Positions 8,749 to 17,636 of a stretch of DNA of 64,000 nucleotides are shown here, in pieces; within the stretch, counting starts at the first letter, position 1, and each line of letters starts with the position of its first letter. Made by a program: the position numbers and the translations under genes. Under the pieces are notes generated by a model, which was not told the origin of the DNA, ran no database searches, and saw only the letters and a program-made list of their open reading frames with translations. This DNA is from Candidatus Latescibacterota bacterium (GTDB lineage Bacteria > Latescibacterota > UBA2968 > UBA8231). The DNA lies in NCBI GenBank assembly GCA_965248265.1, contig CBDFJF010000002.1:544001-608000 (forward strand). Reading direction: 5' to 3'.

Positions 8749-11115
8749 ATGCGCACCTGGGTATGTATTTTCATCTGCCTTGTGTTGGTCGCAGCGGTCC
8801 ATTCAGTACAAGGCCCATCGAATGACGCCACCATCAGCGGCTTCGTGTACGACGCTGACAGTGGCGAGGTTCTGATAGGCTGCAACGTCTATCTCGAGGA
8901 CATCCAGCTGGGAACGACAACGAACCTGCACGGTTTCTACACCCTGCCGCGGGTTCCTCCCGGCGAGCACACGCTCAAATGCAGCCACGTCAGTTACGAG
9001 GCTACGTCGGAGGTTGTCACACCTTCAGCGCACCAGGCTCTGAGGATGGATCTGCATCTCACACAACGCGCAGTGGAGGCGGCAGGTGTGGTCGTGGTCG
9101 CGGCCGGCGACCAAGGACTGCAGCAGAAATCGATTTCCAAACTGGAGATTTCAGCCGCCCGGATCGATCAGATCCCCCAGGTCGTGGAGGCGGATCTGCT
9201 GCGGTCCCTGCAGACCCTTCCCGGGATCGTGCCGGTTTCCGATTACTCGTCGGCACCCTACATCCGCGGTGGAACACCTGATCAGAATCTCTACCTCGTC
9301 GACGGCACGGACGTCTACAATCCAGAGCACGCCTTCGGCCTGTTCTCCATTTTCAACACCGACGCACTCAAAAAAGCGGAGGTGTTCAAGGGCGGATTCG
9401 GTGCTCAGTACGGCGGACGGCTCTCGTCCGTTCTCAACATCACCCACCTCGACGGCAACAAGAAGGCCTTTGAGGGATCGGCCGCCATCAGTCTTCTGTC
9501 CGCCAGGACGACACTGCAGGTGCCACTGCGTGACCGCGGTTCACTCTCGGCTTCGCTGCGCCGGACCTACTTCGACCAGACCGTTGCCCGCGCCATGGAC
9601 GATATCCCGCCGTACTACTTCTGGGACGGCAATTTCAAGGCCTTCATCGACATCGATAAGACCAACAAACTTACGATCAGTGCTTTCGGCGGCCGCGATT
9701 TCCTCGACTTCACGCTGAACAGCGATGCAGTAGAAGAAGTGGGTCTGCAGTACGGTTGGGGCAACCGCACCGGCAGCGTGCGGTGGACCAGGGTCTGGAC
9801 GCCCAAGCTGTTCGGCAATCTGTGGATAACCGGTAGTCGCTTCGACTCAAAGCTGGATCTCAACCAGGTGATCGGCTTTCGCGAGACCAATGAAGTGTCA
9901 GACGTGACGTTCAAGGGGGATCTCGAATACACTCATTCCCCCGAGCTCAGCAGCCGGTTCGGTTTCGAACAGAAGTACCTGCGGGTCGCGTATGAGCAGC
10001 GGTTCCCCGACGCGAGGACGGACATCACCAAGGATCCGACGCACTACACCGGCTACGGGACGGTGCTGCTGACGTCGGGAGTACGCTGGGAGGCCGAACT
10101 CGGTGCGCGCTACCACTTCTTCGACTCGGACAAGAATTTCAGCGCCCTGGCGCCGCGGGCAGCGCTCACGTATCGACTGACTCCGGGCAGCAACATCAAA
10201 GCAGCCACAGGGATATATCATCAGTACCTGAATCGAATCCCCAGGGTCTTCATCGCCGACATCTGGACGACGGCGAACGCATTTCAACGCGGCTCGAAAG
10301 CCCGTCACTTCGTACTCGCTTACCATCAGGAAGTGGGCGATCGCTTCGAGTTCGAAGTGGAGGGGTATCACAAAGACTACGACCACATCCACGTCTTCAA
10401 TGAGGCGTTCCTGGCCGCGGTCACGACCGATATCCACGAACAGGGCGTTCCCGTGTTCACGGAAACGGTCGGCCTGTTCCATGAAGGAACCGGTGACACC
10501 AGGGGGGTTGAGGCTCTTATAACAAAAAGGCGCGGCCTGCTCTCGGGTTGGCTCGGTTACACGCTGACGCAAACGGAGTATGCCTTCCCGACACTCAATG
10601 ACGGCACGGGATTCGCACCACGGCATGATCGGACTTCGGTGGTGAATGCGGTTGCGCGGGTCGATTGCAATCAGATCACTGCGCTCGCCAGTCGATCTGG
10701 AGAAGCAACGGAGGGCAACGGCAAATGGTTTCTCGATCTGAACTTCGTCTACACATCCGGACAGCCGATAACCCAGCCGGAGTCGGGCTACGTGGCGCGG
10801 ACAGTCCCTGACGCGGATGGAGCGACGAATCTCTTCACCGGTAGCGTGCGGGACTTCGTCGTTCTGCCAGGACAGATAAATCAGTTCAGGTTACCGCCCT
10901 ACGTGCGCCTGGACGTGAGTTTGAAGTACAAGACGCGCCGCCAGGGCATGGACTGGACGGCGTACGTTCAGGTGTTCAACATCGGCAACCGTCGCAATAT
11001 CTGGTTCGTGCAGTACGACGATGACAGCAGGGGCGGCTTCGACGTCGTACAGGACGTGGACACCGTGCCGATGTTTCCCATCCTGCCGACCCTGGGGGTG
11101 CACGTTGCGTTCTGA
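8749..11115 (+). CDS. TonB-dependent receptor with N-terminal carboxypeptidase-regulatory-like domain
   Basis: Signal peptide; TISGFVYDADSGEVLIGCNV; plug motifs EADLLRSLQTLPG, YIRGGTPDQNL, KGGFGAQYGGRLSSV; RLPPYVRLD; terminal Phe. Confidence 0.9.
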   Translation: MRTWVCIFICLVLVAAVHSVQGPSNDATISGFVYDADSGEVLIGCNVYLEDIQLGTTTNLHGFYTLPRVPPGEHTLKCSHVSYEATSEVVTPSAHQALRMDLHLTQRAVEAAGVVVVAAGDQGLQQKSISKLEISAARIDQIPQVVEADLLRSLQTLPGIVPVSDYSSAPYIRGGTPDQNLYLVDGTDVYNPEHAFGLFSIFNTDALKKAEVFKGGFGAQYGGRLSSVLNITHLDGNKKAFEGSAAISLLSARTTLQVPLRDRGSLSASLRRTYFDQTVARAMDDIPPYYFWDGNFKAFIDIDKTNKLTISAFGGRDFLDFTLNSDAVEEVGLQYGWGNRTGSVRWTRVWTPKLFGNLWITGSRFDSKLDLNQVIGFRETNEVSDVTFKGDLEYTHSPELSSRFGFEQKYLRVAYEQRFPDARTDITKDPTHYTGYGTVLLTSGVRWEAELGARYHFFDSDKNFSALAPRAALTYRLTPGSNIKAATGIYHQYLNRIPRVFIADIWTTANAFQRGSKARHFVLAYHQEVGDRFEFEVEGYHKDYDHIHVFNEAFLAAVTTDIHEQGVPVFTETVGLFHEGTGDTRGVEALITKRRGLLSGWLGYTLTQTEYAFPTLNDGTGFAPRHDRTSVVNAVARVDCNQITALASRSGEATEGNGKWFLDLNFVYTSGQPITQPESGYVARTVPDADGATNLFTGSVRDFVVLPGQINQFRLPPYVRLDVSLKYKTRRQGMDWTAYVQVFNIGNRRNIWFVQYDDDSRGGFDVVQDVDTVPMFPILPTLGVHVAF

Positions 11116-12052
11116 TCATATAAAACCGCCGACTGCGATCGCTGTCGTCGTCTTGTTGCTGTGTACGCTGGGTTTGATATCCTGTGGCGAGCCCAGCATC
11201 GTGGCCTCGAAGGGTGACTCGCAGCCAAAGCTGGCCATTCAGGGCTACCTCCTTCCACAACAGCCCGTGAGTGTCCTCATAACGAAGACATTCCCGCTCG
11301 ATCCCGCCGCTTCGATCAACAAGTTCGATCTGCTGATTGAGGACGCGTCCGTCGTGTTGGAGGATTTGACTCAGGGTGCAAGCTATCCATTGAGCTACAA
11401 CCATGAGACGATCGTGTACGAATACGCCGGTGATCAGGATCTGACCATCGTCCACGGTAGCTCCTACCGGCTGCAAGTGGAAGCGACTGTGGGGGGTGAG
11501 TCGCTGCGGGCGAGCACGACGACGACCGTGCCGCAGGCCGGTTTTGCCGTGGTCGAAGAGCAATCCAGACTGGGTCAGCTGCGTTACCGGGAACGTGAGG
11601 GCACTGGTGATGAGTTGAAGCATTTCGAGATTGCCTTCAGTCGTTCCCCAGGGATCGACTTCTACGTGCTTTCGATCAAGGCGTTGGATGCGTCTACATC
11701 GAGTTACATTTACGACAATCCATTTACGAAAAACGACAGTGCAGACGTACGGTTCTTCTTTCGTGAGTTGGTGTCCGCGTACGAATGGGGGCAGAGTCTG
11801 CCGACCGACCCCGACCGAGAACCGGTGGTCTCGATCCAGTCGATACGGTGGAGAGCGCTGCAGTTCTACGGCCGTTACCGGGCGATCATCTATGCCGCCG
11901 ACGAGAACTTCAAGGATTTCTTCCTGACCCATTCGACGACGCAGGAGCTGGACGGGAACTTCCACGCGCCCACCTTCCACATGGAGGGGGATGGCGTGGG
12001 GGTGTTTGGATCCGCCATCGCCGATACGGTTTTCTTCGAGGTGCTGCAATGA
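11105..12052 (+). CDS. DUF4249-like lipoprotein, partner of the TonB receptor
   Basis: Probable TTG start overlapping the receptor stop; hydrophobic segment ending in lipobox LISC; PKLAIQGYL and C-terminal GDGVGVFGS typical of DUF4249. Confidence 0.7.
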   Translation: MRSDHIKPPTAIAVVVLLLCTLGLISCGEPSIVASKGDSQPKLAIQGYLLPQQPVSVLITKTFPLDPAASINKFDLLIEDASVVLEDLTQGASYPLSYNHETIVYEYAGDQDLTIVHGSSYRLQVEATVGGESLRASTTTTVPQAGFAVVEEQSRLGQLRYREREGTGDELKHFEIAFSRSPGIDFYVLSIKALDASTSSYIYDNPFTKNDSADVRFFFRELVSAYEWGQSLPTDPDREPVVSIQSIRWRALQFYGRYRAIIYAADENFKDFFLTHSTTQELDGNFHAPTFHMEGDGVGVFGSAIADTVFFEVLQ

Positions 12053-12067
12053 TACCCAGACGGAATC

Positions 12068-12118
12068 ATGGCCATGATCGGTATGACGGGGTTGCTGGCT
12101 GCGCTCATCAAGTTATGA
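12068..12118 (+). pseudogene. Short hydrophobic C-terminal remnant (DUF1640/CCDC90-like tail?)
   Basis: Reads MAMIGMTGLLAALIKL*, resembling a C-terminal membrane anchor; no upstream body. Confidence 0.25.
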
Positions 12119-12158
12119 CCCGACGGGTCGCCGCCCGCCGATCTGTGCAGGGGCAACG

Positions 12159-14117
12159 GTGACCAGCCACTTTCTGCGCCCAATTCCCGTGCTGGTTATG
12201 GCGGTTGCGACAAGCGTGGCGCCGCTGAGGGCAGCCGACCTTCCCGACGACATCTTTCCCGACGACATCTGGCCCGAATCATGGTTCCAACCACCCGAGC
12301 CTGCCTCTGAAGCAGGAATAGCTCGCTTTTTCGAGTCGCCAATGCTGGCGGCTAAAGCGGCGGCCGGTACTCTGCCGCCTCTGGTGCAACGCTTACCCCA
12401 CGATCCCTTCGTCATTGAGCCGGCAGACGAAATCGGCAGGCATGGCGGCACCCTGCGTTGTTTTGGCAAGGACGACTCCGTCGTGCGCAGCCTGGAACCG
12501 CCACTGATCATGGATCCGCAGGTGAGCGGCATCCTGCCAAATCTGGCTGAGAGCTGGCGCTACAGCGAAGGAGGCAGAGTCCTGACGCTACGGTTGCGGT
12601 CGGGCCTGAAATGGTCTGATGGCCACTCATTCACCTCAGCTGCCTTCCTGTTCTGGTTTCAACATATCCTGTCCAACGAAGAGCTGAACCCGGCCATGAG
12701 TCCGCGTTGGATCGGAGCAAGCGTAACCGCACCTGCGTCTGAGACCGTGCGTTTCGAGTTTGCCGAGCCGCATCCCTACTTCATCAACAAACTGGCACAT
12801 CACGGCAACAGCTTTTACACACCAGGGCATTTCTTGCAAGACTACCATCCCGCTTTCGTCGACTCTCAGGAGTTGGATGCCAGTGCCGAGCGCGAGGGGT
12901 TTATCGGCTGGACCGCCTACTTCAACGCGGTGCGCCGGGAGGGCATGGCGGACCCTGCCGGCACGCCGACCATGAACGCGCATGTTCTGGTGAAGAAGTC
13001 GCCGATCATGCACGTGTACGAGAGAAATCCCTATTACCCGAAGATCGATCCTGCCGGGAACCAACTGCCTTACGTGGACAGCATTCGAGTGATGCTGGTC
13101 AAGAACAAGGAAGTGATAACGGCGCGCACATCCACGGGACAGATGCACTTTTCGGCGAACGGCCTGGCTACCCAGGACATCCCGCTGTTCAAGCTGGGCG
13201 AGCAGGCGAACGATTTTCGCACATTGATCTGGAAGCGGTTGCATGGCGTCGACGTGGTCATCCAGCCCAACCTGACGTCACCCGATCTCGAATTGCGAGC
13301 CATCTTCCAGGATTTCCGCTTCCGCCAGGCTCTGTCCATCGCGATCAATCGCGACGAGATCAATTCGGTTGTCTATTTCGGCAAGGCGACGCCGCGCCAG
13401 CTCCACGTCATCCCGTCGAGCGTGTTCTACAAGGAGGCGTACGCCCGTGCCTACATCGACTACGACCCGGTCACGGCACATCGGCTGCTGGATGACATGG
13501 GTCTGTTCGACAATGACGGGGACGGTATCAGAGAGAAGCCCTCGGGTGAGCCTCTCAGCCTGACACTGGAATGGCTCGACATCGAGACCCCCAAGGGCAT
13601 TACCATGGAGCTGGTTACCGAGTACTGGCGTGATGTCGGCATTCAGCTCAATACCAAACAGGTGACGAGCGGTCTCCAGGGCACGCGGGCACGCGGCAAC
13701 ATGATGGAGATGACGCTGTGGCACGCGGATCGCACCAGCGACATCCTGTTTCCCTCTGAGCCATTGTGGTTTGTGCCGATGAACAAGGGGTTGATGGAGT
13801 GCCACTGGGGGTTGTGGTCGGACTGGTACCTCAGCGACGGGGCGAGGGGCGAGGAGCCACCGCCGGATGTCATGCAGTTGATCGACTGGTGGACGGAGAT
13901 GTCTACGGCGCCGGACGCGCAACGCCGGGTATGGTTGGGCAAGCAGATCCTGCGTTCCCAGGCGGAAAACCTGTGGTCGATCGGTACGCTGGGATTGGCC
14001 CCGCAACCCGTGGTCGTGCACAACAGCCTGCGCAATGTGCCGAAGCAGGGCTACTGGGGCTGGGACAATCGCTGGAGCCTGCCGTACCATCCCGAGACCT
14101 GGTACCTGAGGAAATAG
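12159..14117 (+). CDS. ABC transporter substrate-binding protein, family 5 (oligosaccharide/peptide type)
   Basis: ESPML...LPPLVQRLP, GRHGGTL, PNLAESW, LRSGLKWSDG, RNPYYPKIDPAGNQLPY, FRQALSIAINR. Confidence 0.9.
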   Translation: MTSHFLRPIPVLVMAVATSVAPLRAADLPDDIFPDDIWPESWFQPPEPASEAGIARFFESPMLAAKAAAGTLPPLVQRLPHDPFVIEPADEIGRHGGTLRCFGKDDSVVRSLEPPLIMDPQVSGILPNLAESWRYSEGGRVLTLRLRSGLKWSDGHSFTSAAFLFWFQHILSNEELNPAMSPRWIGASVTAPASETVRFEFAEPHPYFINKLAHHGNSFYTPGHFLQDYHPAFVDSQELDASAEREGFIGWTAYFNAVRREGMADPAGTPTMNAHVLVKKSPIMHVYERNPYYPKIDPAGNQLPYVDSIRVMLVKNKEVITARTSTGQMHFSANGLATQDIPLFKLGEQANDFRTLIWKRLHGVDVVIQPNLTSPDLELRAIFQDFRFRQALSIAINRDEINSVVYFGKATPRQLHVIPSSVFYKEAYARAYIDYDPVTAHRLLDDMGLFDNDGDGIREKPSGEPLSLTLEWLDIETPKGITMELVTEYWRDVGIQLNTKQVTSGLQGTRARGNMMEMTLWHADRTSDILFPSEPLWFVPMNKGLMECHWGLWSDWYLSDGARGEEPPPDVMQLIDWWTEMSTAPDAQRRVWLGKQILRSQAENLWSIGTLGLAPQPVVVHNSLRNVPKQGYWGWDNRWSLPYHPETWYLRK

Positions 14118-14120
14118 GCC

Positions 14121-15104
14121 GTGGCTTCTTACATCACCCGGCGTCTGCTGGGAATGATACCGACGCTGTTCCTCATCTCCGTGATCAGCTTCGTGCTGAT
14201 ACAGCTGCCACCCGGAGACATCATCGAGTCCACCATCCAGGATTTGCAGCAGCAGGGCCAGCACGTCTCCATCGAGCGTATCGCGGCGATCAGAGCCATG
14301 TACCATCTGGATGATCCGATGCCCATTCAGTACGTCCGCTGGATCAGCGGCTTCATGCGCGGAGACATGGGCTACTCCCTCGTTTACCAGCAGCCGGTGA
14401 ACCAACTGATCAGCGAGCGTTTGCTGCTCACGGTGTTGGTGGCCCTGGGCAGCGTGCTGTTCACCTGGTCACTGGCGTTGCCGATCGGCATCTATTCTGC
14501 GGTAAGACAGTATTCGCTGCTCGATTACACGATGACGGTGTTTGCTCTGCTCGGTATGGCCACGCCAGGGTTCATGCTGGCCCTGCTCATCATGTACGGT
14601 GCCCATAGTTGGTTCGGGATCAGCGTCGGCGGGTTGTTCTCGCCTGAGTTCATCGACGTGCCGTGGACGCTGGCACGGGTCGCGGATCTGCTCAAACATA
14701 TATGGGCCCCCATGGTTGTACTGGGTGTGTCCGGTACGGCCGGCATGATCCGCATCATGCGCGCCAACCTTCTGGATGAACTCAAGAAGCCATACGTGGT
14801 CACAGCCAGGGCCAAGGGTTTGCGGCCGGCCAGGCTGATCATCAAATACCCACTGCGGCTCGCCATCAACCCGTTCATCTCGACCATTGGCTGGATGCTG
14901 CCGGCCCTGTTCTCGGGCTCGGCCATCGTCGCCGTGGTCATGGACCTGCCCACCACCGGACCTTTGCTGCTGGAGGCGCTGATGAGTCAGGACATGTACC
15001 TGGCCGGCAGCTTCATTCTCATCCTCAGTACCTTGACCGTCATCGGCACGCTGATCTCCGATCTGCTGCTGGCGGTCGTGGATCCGCGCATCCGTCATGA
15101 GTGA
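14121..15104 (+). CDS. ABC transporter permease (DppB/OppB type)
   Basis: YITRRLL...LPPGD, EAA loop RANLLDELKKPYVVTARAKG, C-terminal DPRIR. Confidence 0.92.
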   Translation: MASYITRRLLGMIPTLFLISVISFVLIQLPPGDIIESTIQDLQQQGQHVSIERIAAIRAMYHLDDPMPIQYVRWISGFMRGDMGYSLVYQQPVNQLISERLLLTVLVALGSVLFTWSLALPIGIYSAVRQYSLLDYTMTVFALLGMATPGFMLALLIMYGAHSWFGISVGGLFSPEFIDVPWTLARVADLLKHIWAPMVVLGVSGTAGMIRIMRANLLDELKKPYVVTARAKGLRPARLIIKYPLRLAINPFISTIGWMLPALFSGSAIVAVVMDLPTTGPLLLEALMSQDMYLAGSFILILSTLTVIGTLISDLLLAVVDPRIRHE

Positions 15105-16197
15105 ATCGCGCAAGCCTGATCTGGAGACGGCGTCGCAGTGGCAGCTGATGTGGGTGCGTTTCAGGCGTCATCGGCTGGCCATGATTTCAGCTACGGTGTT
15201 GTTCTTCCTATACCTGCTCGCCGCCTTTTGTGAGATTGCAGCGCCCTACGGGCCCAGCCAGCGCAACCCCCGCACCATCCACTGCCCGCCGCAGTCTCTG
15301 CGTTTCATCGACGATGATGGAAAAGTCCACCTGCGCCCGTTCGTATACGGCTACAAGCTCTCCGTGGATCCAGAAACCTGGCGACGTGAGTACACCCCTG
15401 ACCCGCAGGCGCGTTTCCCGGTGCGGTTCCTGACTGACGGCGCGCCCTACGAATTCTGGGGTCTGATCCCGGGGCGCCTGCGACTGTTTGGCACGCCAGA
15501 CGGCGGCTACATCCACCTCTTCGGCACGGACAAGCTGGGACGGGATCTGTTCAGCCGGATTCTGTACGGAGGAAGGGTCTCGCTGACCCTCGGACTGCTG
15601 GGTGTGCTGCTGACGTTCGTCTTCGGTATCATCCTGGGAGGGGTGGCGGGCTACCTGGGTGGATGGGTCGACAACCTGACCCAGCGATTGATCGAGGTTA
15701 TTCAATGCATGCCCCAGCTGCCGTTGTGGATGGCCCTGAGCGCGGCGCTACCTGCGGGATGGTCGGGCATCAAGGTCTACTTCGGCATCACTGTCATTCT
15801 CTCCTTCCTGGGGTGGACGGGGTTGGCGCGGGTGGTGCGGGGCAAGTTTCTGTCGCTGCGTGAGGAAGAATTCGTGGTCGCAGCCAGGCTGCTTGGCGCC
15901 GGGCGCCGGCGTGTCATCTTCCGCCACATGCTGCCTTCGTTTCTCAGCCACATCATCACCTCGGCCACCCTGGCCGTCCCCGGGATGATCCTCGGTGAAA
16001 CCGCGCTCAGTTTTCTGGGGATCGGGTTGAGGCCTCCGGTAGTAAGCTGGGGAGTGTTGCTGCAACAGGCGCAAAACTACCAGGCCGTGGTGATGACGCC
16101 ATGGCTGTTGCTGCCCGGCGTATTCGTTATACTGGCCGTGCTGGCTTTCAATCTCATCGGTGACGGGTTGCGGGATGCAGCTGATCCCTACAACTGA
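15097..16197 (+). CDS. ABC transporter permease (DppC/OppC type)
   Basis: HLFGTDKLGRDLFSRILYGGRVSL, SLREEEFVVAARLLGA, FNLIGDGLRDAADP. Confidence 0.92.
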   Translation: MSESRKPDLETASQWQLMWVRFRRHRLAMISATVLFFLYLLAAFCEIAAPYGPSQRNPRTIHCPPQSLRFIDDDGKVHLRPFVYGYKLSVDPETWRREYTPDPQARFPVRFLTDGAPYEFWGLIPGRLRLFGTPDGGYIHLFGTDKLGRDLFSRILYGGRVSLTLGLLGVLLTFVFGIILGGVAGYLGGWVDNLTQRLIEVIQCMPQLPLWMALSAALPAGWSGIKVYFGITVILSFLGWTGLARVVRGKFLSLREEEFVVAARLLGAGRRRVIFRHMLPSFLSHIITSATLAVPGMILGETALSFLGIGLRPPVVSWGVLLQQAQNYQAVVMTPWLLLPGVFVILAVLAFNLIGDGLRDAADPYN

Positions 16198-16397
16198 GGT
16201 TGATGCTCGTTGCAGCGAACTCACGGGTCCAGGTAGGGCTCCCCAGTCAGGTACGTGATCGGCCTCACTAGGTCCTGGCGAGAATGGCTACATATTTTTG
16301 TCCCATGGAGGATGATGCACCGCCCACCGGGCGGAATATCTGGAGATAGCGGACAAGCACTCAGAGCACCGGGTTGCGATGACGAAGGAGTTTCACC

Positions 16398-17249
16398 ATG
16401 GAGAATCACGTGAGGAAAATCGCAACGATCGCGCTGGCCACCGCGATGCTGGCTGGCGGAGCGTTCGCCGGCGACAACCGGAATGCTACGTTCACGATTA
16501 CCAGTTCGACGACTCTGGCTGGAGTCGGGGCCAGCGAAATCGTAGAGATCAGCATCGGTACAGACAACTGGGTCAACGTGCAGCAGGCAGACGTCACGGT
16601 CCAGGTATCGCCACCGGCTCATTTTGATGTTACGGTCGCCGGCGTCGTCCTCGGCGAGAATTTGCCGGATGCCAGTGTCTTTCCGCCTGGAAACTGGCGC
16701 GCCCTGGGTGGCCTACTGGTGGAGGGAACGAACAACCAGATCAGGGTCGGCTTCGCGCTGCTGGATCCTGATCCAGAGGCTGAAGGGCATACTGGCGCAG
16801 CCGACTTCAGGATCCTCCTGCGCACATCCAATACTCTTACCACTGACACAGAAGCAAGCGTCGTCGTCACCCAGGTCTCCCTGGGGCCCGGTGCGTTCGG
16901 GCGTGATATCGTCACGGTGAATGAAACCATCTTCATCAATCCGGCCACTCCCACTGCGGTGAGCGAGTTGCCCGGGGCCGTGCCGAATTCGTTCGAGCTC
17001 GAGCAGAACTATCCCAATCCGTTCAACCCGTCGACGAACATACGCTTCAGCGTACCGCATGAATCACCCGTACTGGTTCGAGTTTACGATGCACTTGGAA
17101 AGGTACAGGAGACCCTGGTCGATGAGGTCCTGCAGGCGGGGCGCTATACCGTCGATTTCCACGCCGCCGGCCTGGCGAGTGGGATGTATTTTTATCACAT
17201 CGAGGCGCCCGGGTTCACGAGTACGCGGAAGTCGCTACTGCTCAAGTGA
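16398..17249 (+). CDS. Secreted beta-rich protein with T9SS/FlgD-like C-terminal sorting domain
   Basis: AAGGAG RBS; signal peptide ending AFA; C-terminus FELEQNYPNPFNPSTNIRFS...LASGMYFYHI...RKSLLLK, closely related to that of 4604-6700. Confidence 0.85.
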   Translation: MENHVRKIATIALATAMLAGGAFAGDNRNATFTITSSTTLAGVGASEIVEISIGTDNWVNVQQADVTVQVSPPAHFDVTVAGVVLGENLPDASVFPPGNWRALGGLLVEGTNNQIRVGFALLDPDPEAEGHTGAADFRILLRTSNTLTTDTEASVVVTQVSLGPGAFGRDIVTVNETIFINPATPTAVSELPGAVPNSFELEQNYPNPFNPSTNIRFSVPHESPVLVRVYDALGKVQETLVDEVLQAGRYTVDFHAAGLASGMYFYHIEAPGFTSTRKSLLLK

Positions 17250-17290
17250 GGAGACCGATAGCCTGATCGGCGCGTCCCATCGCATTCTAT

Positions 17291-17329
17291 AACAAAAAGA
17301 GCCGGACGCGCACTTGGCGTGTCCGGCTC
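17291..17329 (-). terminator. Intrinsic terminator (minus strand)
   Basis: Minus strand GAGCCGGACACGC-CAAGT-GCGCGTCCGGCTC followed by TTTTTGTT. Confidence 0.8.
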
Positions 17330-17361
17330 CCCTCTATTGCTAGAGGCCATTTACGGCGGTC

Positions 17362-17397
17362 TCAGGCGCCGCACCTCTCTATATTCGGCATCATCAT
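17362..17397 (-). CDS. Mini-ORF MMMPNIERCGA (9-11 aa depending on ATG used)
   Basis: Perfect AGGAGG (17401-17406) followed by three tandem ATGs and a TGA at 17362-17364. Confidence 0.35.
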   Translation of the reverse strand: MMMPNIERCGA

Positions 17398-17505
17398 TTT
17401 CCTCCTGTTCTTGCCCCTTGGCGAAACGCGTTTTCGCCGGGCCTTGGGTGGAGGTGGTCGTGCGTCATCCGCACACACTGGTCTGCAGCCAGCTTCACTA
17501 TAGGT

Positions 17506-17533
17506 TTATCGGACCAACCATGGCTTCCTTTAG
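17506..17533 (-). promoter_or_regulatory. Sigma-28 (FliA/SigD)-type promoter
   Basis: Minus strand CTAAA-GGAAGCCATGGTTGG(15 nt)-TCCGATAA; matches TAAA-N15-GCCGATAA with one mismatch and exact spacing. Confidence 0.7.
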
Positions 17534-17636
17534 TATGTCGTTTTTCGGCGCGGCCGACAAGAGCTTGAAGCGCACCCTGAGGAGATGAATGATAACCGGT
17601 AAACCGCGAGTACTCCTGACGTGAGAGGACAGACTC

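Larger units (their letters stand above)
17291..17498 (-). ncRNA. Candidate sigma-28-dependent structured small RNA or mini-ORF mRNA (~205 nt)
   Basis: Bounded by a sigma-28-like promoter and an intrinsic terminator; contains several hairpins including CCTCTA-GCAA-TAGAGG (GNRA tetraloop on the minus strand). TSS estimated from the -10 position. Confidence 0.45.

Noticed and set aside
17362-17397. Mini-ORF as a direct flagellin fragment
   Set aside because: No INTN-type N-terminal or VLSLL-type C-terminal flagellin residues; only the regulatory architecture is flagellin-like.
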